From Candidatus Multivoradales bacterium (lineage in GTDB: Bacteria > Acidobacteriota > Thermoanaerobaculia > Multivoradales > Multivoraceae), in NCBI GenBank assembly GCA_965223325.1, contig CBDCWI010000002.1, positions 1,504,001 through 1,568,000 on the forward strand: a DNA stretch of 64,000 nt, written 5' to 3'. The position numbers and the translations under genes were made by a program. Shown here in pieces: positions 57,001 through 64,000 of the stretch. The notes beneath the pieces are model-generated. The model saw only the letters and a list, made by a program, of their open reading frames with translations, had not been told where the DNA came from and did no database searches. Each line of letters starts with the position of its first letter. Position 1 is the first letter of the stretch.

Positions 57001-60000
57001 ATGCCGCGGCGTGGCACGTCGATCGTGCGCTGGCTGGCCCCGGCCTGGTTGACCCTCCTCTCGGCGATCGCTTTCGACACCGTTGCCGCCCAGGACGACA
57101 TCGTGCGCATCTCCAACCCAGCACCGGTCAGCGAGGGCGGCACCTTCTCTTTCAACGTCTTCATCGAAGATGGCAGCGGCACTCCGGGCGCCAACGGGAG
57201 CTTTGCCGTCGACGTCTTCTTCGATCAGGGAACCACCGCTCATCCCGCAGGCACGCCGGACCTGACGACCTTCTCGACAACGGTCCTCTTCAACCCCGGC
57301 GACACGTCGCAAACTGCCACCTTGGAGGTCGCCGACGACGCCCTGATGGAGTATGACGAGAGCTTTCGGGTCATGATCGCCTTCCCAACGACGCCTCCTG
57401 CAAACACCATTATCGGAAGCCCCGGCACCGCAGAGGCCACCATCCTCGATGACGACCGCCACCATACGATGACGGTCACCCCCCCACCTTTGCCGCATCC
57501 CGAGGGGACCCAGTTCGCGACCTGGAACATCACCTTCACACCACCGCTCGCGGACAGCCTCACCCTGCGCTCCTTCCTTGAGCCGTCCCTCGGGTCGGCG
57601 ATCCAGGGTCCGCCGGGCTCCGGCGCCGACATCGACCCTTACGATCGCACCGAAGTCGTAGTCCCCGGCGCGACGAATCTCCAGGCGGTCATTTCGGTGC
57701 ACGACGATCTTGTAGTGGAGGGAGAGGAAGACTTCTTCCTCAACTTCGAGGTCGTCTCCTACAACAATCCGATCATGGAGCTCCACCTGCCGCCGTCGCT
57801 TCCGCTCCAGGGCAGGATCGAGGATGATGACGCTCCAACGAGCTACACGCTGACGCTCAACGTTCCGAGCCTCGTCACCGAGCCAGCGGCCGGACAAGCA
57901 GACATCGGCGCAACCCTGTCGATCAGTCCCGAATACCCGTTCGCGATCCCCATTCTCCTTCAGCTGACCAGCGATACCGCACAGGCCGGAAGCGACTTCC
58001 AGCCGTTCAACCAGACGATCACCTTCCCCCCGGACACTCTGAGCCTCGATCTTCCGATCGAAGTCTTCGCTGACAACATCTTCGAGGGTGACGAGGCGTT
58101 CAACGTCCTGGTCAAGGACCAAGACACCGGCGAGACCCTGACCGCCGTGGTCACCATCGACGACGAGGACCAGGAGCCCACCGTGCAGTTCGACGGCAAC
58201 GTCGCGGCGCTCGAGGGAAACGCGGATCACATTGTTCCGTTCTCGGTCTCGCTCAGCCACATGAGCAGCCAGCCGGTCGACCTCATCCTCTCCGCCTTGC
58301 CCGACGGCCCCGCCGGTCAGCAGGCGACGATCGGTACCGACGTCTCCTGCGAAACGACCTTTCAGATTCAGGAGCTGACCCTCACGGATCAGATCGACTG
58401 CACGTACGTCGGCGATTCGGACTTCGAACCCAACGAGTTCTTCAAGCTCACCATCACCTCGGCGACCGGCGCCACCATCGCCGTGGGCGGTGCCTCGGCA
58501 CAAGGCGAAATCCAGAACGACGATGTGAGTATGCCGCCCGCAACTCCAACGGTTTCGATCTCCGACTTCACCCTCACCGAAGGCACGGGCGGGCCCAGCG
58601 AGGCAACGCTGTCGGTGGAGCTCATGGGCACTCCTCCGACGTCACCCGGAGACATGTGGGTCGACTGGGCGACTGAAGCGGGCTCTGCCCAGGAGAACCT
58701 CGACTTCCAGCCGGTTGGTGGCCGCCTCGACTTCTTCGACGGTGCGCTGCAACAGATCACAGTGGCGGTTGTCGCCGACAACCTCATCGAAGCGAACGAG
58801 ACCTTCTCCGTGTCGCTGATCGACCACTCCCCCACGGTCACCCTCGACAAGTCGGTCGGCACCGTCACCATTCTCGACGACGACGCGGCGACACCCCAAC
58901 CAACCGTCCACCTCGCCGACGCCCAGCTTGCAGAAGGCGACGATGGCCAGACGGTGATCGAGCTCCGTGCCCTCGTAGCACCCGAGGCAAGCACCATCAG
59001 CTTCGTCAGCGTTCGCACGGTCGACGGCACCGCCACCACCGCCGACGGAGACTACGTCGAACATACTGGGAGGCTGCGTTTCGGTCCCGGAGACAGCGAA
59101 CAGAAGTTCCAGATCAGCATCCAGGGCGACACCCGTCTCGAAGATGACGAGCAGTTCTTCGTCGAGCTCTTCGACCCCGCCGGGCTCGCGCTTCCTGCCG
59201 AGCCGCGGGCCACGGTCACGATTCGAAACGACGACCCGGACCCCGGCGGCGGCGATGGTGGCGGTGACGGCGGAGACCCAGCCAACCCGCCGCGCATCGA
59301 CCTGAGCGCCGCCGCGACGGTCGTTGAGTCGGCCTCGTTCCTACCTGTGACGATCGACCTCCGCGGTCGTGCCGGCCAGACTGTGCGCGCTGAGGTACGG
59401 GTCGAAGACTTGACCGCCCGCGCTGGTGAAGACTTCCAGGCACGGGTATGGAACGTCGAGTTTCCGGCTGGCTCTGAAAACGCCCGCACCGAGCTGCGCC
59501 TTCAACTGATCGACGACCGCATTCGCGAGCGCGCTGAGCGCCTGCGCCTCAGACTTCAGCTGACAACGACCGGGGCCGCGCTGCTCGGCCAGAGCGAGGC
59601 CATCGTCACCATTGTCGACAACGACAACGCGGTGCGACTAGTAGCCGACGAAGTAGCCGAACGCGCCAGGATTGGTGACCAGATTGGCCTCGGTGTCACC
59701 GCCCTCGGCGCCGACGACCGCCCCGTCCAGGGCATCATGATCGACTGGAGCGTCGCCAGGGGAGCGCAACTGCTCGGCGAAGAGAGCCAGCGTACCGACC
59801 GCAATGGTCACGTGAGTCAAGAGATACGTCTCGCCGACCGGCCAGGGGAAGCCGTCGTCACAGCGAGAATGCGCGGCAGTGAGCTCGCCGTCGTGTTCTC
59901 CATCGCGACCGAGGCAAGACTGCGTGATCTCTTCGACGACACTCGCGACCCCGACGAACACTCCGTCGGCGGCACTCTCGATCGCTTCTGCCTCGAACCG

Positions 60001-61299
60001 AGCGACGAACTCGCCGAGATCTGCAACTACCTCCTCGATCTGCCCGACGACGACGCCCGACGACAGGCGGTGCGGTGGATCACTCCACGCGGGCTGGAAG
60101 CGCAGGGTGACGCAATGCTTCAGGGCGCACGGACCCAGGTGCGCAATGTCGGCCTCCGCACGCAGCAGCTGCGCGCCGGCGAGGCACTCGGCGGCTCACT
60201 CGACGGCCTCAACTTCTCACAGCGCCGCGACTCGCTAGCGGTCGGCCAGCTCAGAAACGGTCTCAAGAAGCCCAGCCACCAGGCGATGAGCGAGCAGGCA
60301 CTCGCGAGGAGTGTCGATCGCTCGCTGGCCAGTCTTCGCGATGCGGCCGGTCAGGGAGACTCTCGGAGCGAGCTCGGCAGTCCGGTTCACCGCGGTGGCA
60401 GTGCCAGCGCCGATGAGGCGATCATCCTCGCCGAAGAGAACGAGTCTCCGTGGGGTTGGTTCGTCAACGGTCGTCTCGCCGTCGGTGAACACGAACAGAC
60501 CCGCACCGAACCGAGCTACGACGTCTCGACCTGGGGCCTGACTGCCGGCATCGACTACAAGGTCAGGGCCAACGGCTTCATCGGCGTAGCGCTCGGCTAT
60601 CTCGACTCGACCGCCGACATCAACAGTGACCGAGGCGAACTGACCGCCACCGGCTACACGGCCAGTCTCTACACCGCCTGGCAATGGCAGGCACTGTGGG
60701 TGGATGGCGCACTGACCTATGGCCAGGTCGACCTCGAAAGCCTACGCACGCTTCGTTTGCCCCGCGCGTTTCGGGGCGAAAGCACCTTGACTGCCCACGG
60801 GGACACCCAGGCTGATCTCGTGTCGAGCAACATCGGTCTCGGTTACGACTTCCAGGCGGGTCGTCTCGGGCTGACCGGTTTCGCCCGCGGACTGTGGTCG
60901 GAAACCAGTATCGATGGCTTCAGCGAGCGCGGCGTCGGCCCCTTCGCTCTGGTGATCGGACAGCAGGACGTCGAGTCCCTTCTCACCGAGGCGGGGCTCG
61001 AAGCGGCATTGCCGATTCATCGCCGCTTCGGAGTCTTGAACCCGACCCTGCGACTGGCCTACGTGCACGAGTTCGAAGACGACGAGCGTCTGGTAGGCGG
61101 TGCCTTCCTGTTCGACGAAAACCGGAACGACTTCGGCATCCGATTCGAGAACCCAGACCGCGACTACTTCAACCTCGGCCTCGGCCTGCAGCTGACGCTG
61201 CGTGGAAGCCGCCTGGTCTATGTCGCCCTCGACACAGATCTGGCGCGCGACGACTGGAGCCACTACACGCTGACCTTCGGCTTCCGTTCGCAGTTCTAG
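57001..61299 (+). CDS. Autotransporter with multiple Calx-beta repeats (putative adhesin)
   Basis: Signal peptide (..LLSAIAFDTVAA); about 7 Calx-beta units ending TIxDDD/NDD; C-terminal beta-barrel GLTAGIDY...YVHEF...ending in Phe; start 57001 (in-frame upstream starts to 56863 possible). Confidence 0.85.
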   Translation: MPRRGTSIVRWLAPAWLTLLSAIAFDTVAAQDDIVRISNPAPVSEGGTFSFNVFIEDGSGTPGANGSFAVDVFFDQGTTAHPAGTPDLTTFSTTVLFNPGDTSQTATLEVADDALMEYDESFRVMIAFPTTPPANTIIGSPGTAEATILDDDRHHTMTVTPPPLPHPEGTQFATWNITFTPPLADSLTLRSFLEPSLGSAIQGPPGSGADIDPYDRTEVVVPGATNLQAVISVHDDLVVEGEEDFFLNFEVVSYNNPIMELHLPPSLPLQGRIEDDDAPTSYTLTLNVPSLVTEPAAGQADIGATLSISPEYPFAIPILLQLTSDTAQAGSDFQPFNQTITFPPDTLSLDLPIEVFADNIFEGDEAFNVLVKDQDTGETLTAVVTIDDEDQEPTVQFDGNVAALEGNADHIVPFSVSLSHMSSQPVDLILSALPDGPAGQQATIGTDVSCETTFQIQELTLTDQIDCTYVGDSDFEPNEFFKLTITSATGATIAVGGASAQGEIQNDDVSMPPATPTVSISDFTLTEGTGGPSEATLSVELMGTPPTSPGDMWVDWATEAGSAQENLDFQPVGGRLDFFDGALQQITVAVVADNLIEANETFSVSLIDHSPTVTLDKSVGTVTILDDDAATPQPTVHLADAQLAEGDDGQTVIELRALVAPEASTISFVSVRTVDGTATTADGDYVEHTGRLRFGPGDSEQKFQISIQGDTRLEDDEQFFVELFDPAGLALPAEPRATVTIRNDDPDPGGGDGGGDGGDPANPPRIDLSAAATVVESASFLPVTIDLRGRAGQTVRAEVRVEDLTARAGEDFQARVWNVEFPAGSENARTELRLQLIDDRIRERAERLRLRLQLTTTGAALLGQSEAIVTIVDNDNAVRLVADEVAERARIGDQIGLGVTALGADDRPVQGIMIDWSVARGAQLLGEESQRTDRNGHVSQEIRLADRPGEAVVTARMRGSELAVVFSIATEARLRDLFDDTRDPDEHSVGGTLDRFCLEPSDELAEICNYLLDLPDDDARRQAVRWITPRGLEAQGDAMLQGARTQVRNVGLRTQQLRAGEALGGSLDGLNFSQRRDSLAVGQLRNGLKKPSHQAMSEQALARSVDRSLASLRDAAGQGDSRSELGSPVHRGGSASADEAIILAEENESPWGWFVNGRLAVGEHEQTRTEPSYDVSTWGLTAGIDYKVRANGFIGVALGYLDSTADINSDRGELTATGYTASLYTAWQWQALWVDGALTYGQVDLESLRTLRLPRAFRGESTLTAHGDTQADLVSSNIGLGYDFQAGRLGLTGFARGLWSETSIDGFSERGVGPFALVIGQQDVESLLTEAGLEAALPIHRRFGVLNPTLRLAYVHEFEDDERLVGGAFLFDENRNDFGIRFENPDRDYFNLGLGLQLTLRGSRLVYVALDTDLARDDWSHYTLTFGFRSQF

Positions 61300-61333
61300 G
61301 CCGGCCGCCGGTCAGGCCATAGCGATCTTGCCA

Positions 61334-61362
61334 TTGACTTACGCCCCATTACCGCCTATGCT
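61334..61362 (+). promoter_or_regulatory. Sigma70 promoter of the imuA-imuB cassette
   Basis: TTGACT-17 nt-TATGCT, 9 nt before ATG 61372; TTACGCC/TTACCGCC direct repeat across the spacer. Confidence 0.7.
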
Positions 61363-61371
61363 CACCGATTC

Positions 61372-62400
61372 ATGGCACTGGTAGAGCGCACCCCCCAACC
61401 GTCGCTTTTTGGAGCAAACGAGACTCTCGAACTCGAGATCCTGCGCCAGGAGACCAACGAGCCAACCGAATCGGTTTCGCCATCCGGCGTTTCCCCCGGC
61501 AAGCTCGCCGCGCTACGTGAATTGTTGCCCAGCGCGCTGCAGCGCCAGCTCAAGAGTGGTCGCGAACTCTTGTCAGACGCTGAACGTGGGGACGAGCCAT
61601 GGATGGAAGACGGCCGTTTGCCAACTGGCGTTTCAGCACTCGACGAACTGCTCGACGGTGGTTTGCGCGCTGGCGAAACTCTCGAGGTCATCGGAGCGCG
61701 CACCTCGGGGCGTTTCTCGCTAGTGCTCGAAACCCTGGCTTCGACAACTGCCAGTGGCCAGGTCGCAGCGCTGGTCGATCTCGGCGACAACTTCGATCCT
61801 GCAACCGCACTCGATGTTGGCATCGAGCTCGAACGCCTGTTGTGGCTACGGCCGCGACATATGAAAAAGGCACTGGCGAGCGCCGAGATTCTGATCGGGG
61901 CCGGTTTCCCGTTGGTGATTCTCGATCTCGGAACACCGCCAGTGGCTGGTGGCCGCGGCAAAGAAGCAGCCTGGCTGCGACTGGCACGAGCGGCAGACGA
62001 ACACCGAACACGGCTTCTGGTTTCGGCTCCCTATCGCATGAGCGGGAGCGCCGCGCATGCCGTGTTGAAGCTCGAACGACGACCACGGGTGCGCTGGGCC
62101 GGGCGTGCCTACGGGCGACCAACACCAGCACCGGCGCCGAACCTTCTGCTCGGGCTGGTCAACCGGCTGCTCTTCGAGAAGGCACGCGGCGCCCTGGCAA
62201 GGAGAGCCCGGCGCAAAACGACCATAGAGCTCAGCTGGCAAATGGCAAGCGAAAGCCTGGCCGAGCCGTTGGTCGAAACACTCGAGCACAGCCGCCAGGC
62301 CAAATCACGGCCGACCCCCCGCGCGGCACCTGATGTTGCAATTGCCAATGATCTCGATTCCCCCAAAGCTCCGGTTCGTCATGCCAGCGGCAAGCGATAA
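61372..62400 (+). CDS. imuA: ImuA-like RecA-fold mutagenesis protein
   Basis: LPTGVSALDELLDGGL, degenerate Walker A GARTSGRFS, DLGDNFDP, GIELERLLW; immediately upstream of imuB. Confidence 0.82.
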   Translation: MALVERTPQPSLFGANETLELEILRQETNEPTESVSPSGVSPGKLAALRELLPSALQRQLKSGRELLSDAERGDEPWMEDGRLPTGVSALDELLDGGLRAGETLEVIGARTSGRFSLVLETLASTTASGQVAALVDLGDNFDPATALDVGIELERLLWLRPRHMKKALASAEILIGAGFPLVILDLGTPPVAGGRGKEAAWLRLARAADEHRTRLLVSAPYRMSGSAAHAVLKLERRPRVRWAGRAYGRPTPAPAPNLLLGLVNRLLFEKARGALARRARRKTTIELSWQMASESLAEPLVETLEHSRQAKSRPTPRAAPDVAIANDLDSPKAPVRHASGKR

Positions 62401-64000
62401 ACCACCACGACCGCAACCTCGTTCGAGTCTCGCTTCCGAGCCACCCAGGCCGCGCCAGAAAAAGCGTGTGCGCATCACCTGCATTCAGGTGCCGCTCTTT
62501 CCTCTCGCGGCCCGCCTGCGCGTCGAACCAGAACTCCTGGGCGAAGGCATCACGGTGCTCGAAGGAAGCGGCCAGGCGGCGCGCGTCGTGGCGGCGACCC
62601 GCCTGGCGCGCAACGCTGGCATCAAGGCGGGGCACACGCTGGCGCAAGCCCGGGCGCTTCTGCCGGGATTGATCGCCAGGGCACGTGATCTCGAATGCGA
62701 AAACAGCGCGCAAGAGGCACTGGTCGAAGTCGCCGAGAGCTTCTCGCCGCGGGTTGAAAGCCACAGCGAGGGTCTGGCCTGGTTCGACGCCTCGGGGCTC
62801 GAACACCATCACGACAGCGAAGAAGCAATGGGGCGTGCGGTAGTTCATGCACTCGATGCGGTTGGGCTACCGGCGCGAGTGGGTATCGCGGGTAGCAAAC
62901 TGGCGGCGCGAGTAGCAGCGAGCCTGCCCAGATCACCGCACGTTGTCGCAGCAGGCGAAGAAGCGCGCTTTCTCGCCCCGCTGCCGCTCAACCGTCTGAC
63001 CCCCGAATCGGAAATCGCCAACACCCTCGAACTGTGGGGCATCGCAACCATCGGTGAGCTGGCAGCTCTCGATCGCAGCGAGATTGCCAGCCGTCTCGGC
63101 GAAGCGGGTCAGAAACTTCATGAGACCGCGCGTGGCCTCGACCCCGAACCGCTCGAGCCGCGCCCACCGTCACCGGTAATTCGCGAGGGCATGACCCTCG
63201 AGTGGCCACTTGTCGATCTCGAACCCTTCATGTTCACCGCTCGTGCAGTGCTCGAGCGCATCTGCGGGCGTCTGTCGCAACGCGGCCTCGGCTGCCTCGA
63301 ACTGCAGTTGGCCATGCGGCTCGAGCCCGACGGTTGGCACGAGCGTTCGATCCGTTTGCCATCACCAACGCGTGATCTCGAAACGCTCCTGACGCTCATT
63401 CGCCTCGATCTCGAAGCCCACCCGCCTGATGCGCCGGTGGCGAGCTTCTTTTTTCTCGCCCATCCCGACGCCCCGCGCTCGGCACAGCTTTCACTGCTCG
63501 GCCCGCCGGCCCTTTCACCCGACCGCCTGGCCACTGCCGTCGCCAGGCTTTTCGCGCTGCTCGGACCCGGGCGCGTTGGCTCTCCGCGGTTGCCTTCCGG
63601 GCATCGACCCGAACGCTTCGAACTCGTCGAGTACGAACCGCCACCACCACCGAAAGTCCGCCCCGCCTATCGCACCGGTCGGGGCCTTCTAGCAGTGCGC
63701 GTTCTGCGGCCGCCACTCGAGATCGACGTACACACCAACAAAGGCGATGGCACAGCAAAGGAGCACGGCACACTCGAAGACCGCCCACGGCCAGTCGCCA
63801 TCGAGCGACAGAACCTCGAGAAAAACGAGAAGCGTCCCAAGATCGGCGGCCGCGTCCGAGTCGCATCTGGCCCCTGGGAGCTCGAAGAGGAGTGGTGGTC
63901 CGAGAAGCCGGCGAAACGTGACTACTGGGACGTCGAACTCGACGACGGTTCGATCTACCGCATCTATCGCGACCGTTTAACGGCGAAGTGGTTTGTCGAC
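62381..64000 (+). CDS. imuB: ImuB, catalytically inactive Y-family polymerase-like protein (3' end beyond the window)
   Basis: Manual translation (absent from the ORF track): VPLFPLAARLR, GIKAGHTLAQARALLP, FSPRVE, WGIATIGELAAL, GPWELEEEWW...RDYWDVELDDG; alternative GTG start at 62468. Confidence 0.88.
   Translation, partial: MPAASDKPPRPQPRSSLASEPPRPRQKKRVRITCIQVPLFPLAARLRVEPELLGEGITVLEGSGQAARVVAATRLARNAGIKAGHTLAQARALLPGLIARARDLECENSAQEALVEVAESFSPRVESHSEGLAWFDASGLEHHHDSEEAMGRAVVHALDAVGLPARVGIAGSKLAARVAASLPRSPHVVAAGEEARFLAPLPLNRLTPESEIANTLELWGIATIGELAALDRSEIASRLGEAGQKLHETARGLDPEPLEPRPPSPVIREGMTLEWPLVDLEPFMFTARAVLERICGRLSQRGLGCLELQLAMRLEPDGWHERSIRLPSPTRDLETLLTLIRLDLEAHPPDAPVASFFFLAHPDAPRSAQLSLLGPPALSPDRLATAVARLFALLGPGRVGSPRLPSGHRPERFELVEYEPPPPPKVRPAYRTGRGLLAVRVLRPPLEIDVHTNKGDGTAKEHGTLEDRPRPVAIERQNLEKNEKRPKIGGRVRVASGPWELEEEWWSEKPAKRDYWDVELDDGSIYRIYRDRLTAKWFVD

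Noticed and set aside
54945-58503. Long minus-strand ORFs (472 and 570 aa) opposite the surface-protein genes
   Set aside because: Mirror-frame products of GC3-biased codons (V/G/R/D-rich) with no domain signal; the same applies to 10443-11945 and 9099-10205.

Overview
GC-rich bacterial chromosomal segment with about 47 CDSs. I saw no rRNA, tRNA, CRISPR array or transposase. The secreted-protein repertoire (BNR/VPS10 hydrolase, ABC permease-M1 peptidase fusion, Calx-beta proteins, a C-terminal FxDGFES motif, TPR-CHAT) suggests Acidobacteriota (Thermoanaerobaculia-like); this is inference. Most of the window is accessory metabolism: hydrolases, PhoD, a PQQ dehydrogenase, glycosyltransferases, Wzm/Wzt, BioY, an acyl-CoA dehydrogenase and an imuA-imuB cassette that runs off the right end. 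The most notable locus is 48.6-61.3 kb. An ECF sigma / zinc anti-sigma / membrane-anchored TPR-CHAT (caspase-like) protease operon sits back-to-back with two giant surface proteins (a PcRGLX/YetA-like lyase-fold protein and a Calx-beta autotransporter). The spacer holds two divergent copies of one motif, GTGAGAAG-N15-ACGT-N8-AGA, which suggests a self-contained proteolytic signalling regulon. Also notable: a coupled GT2 / nucleoside-phosphorylase-like / spore-photoproduct-lyase-like radical SAM / SDR operon; structured leaders (an SD-sequestering hairpin and a possible pseudoknot) around a DEAD-box + RRM pair; a radical SAM gene inside a Wzm/Wzt locus; an sxtIJK-like trio; several likely leaderless genes; and an internally deleted GH2 pseudogene. 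All family calls come from motif recognition by eye, not from database searches.
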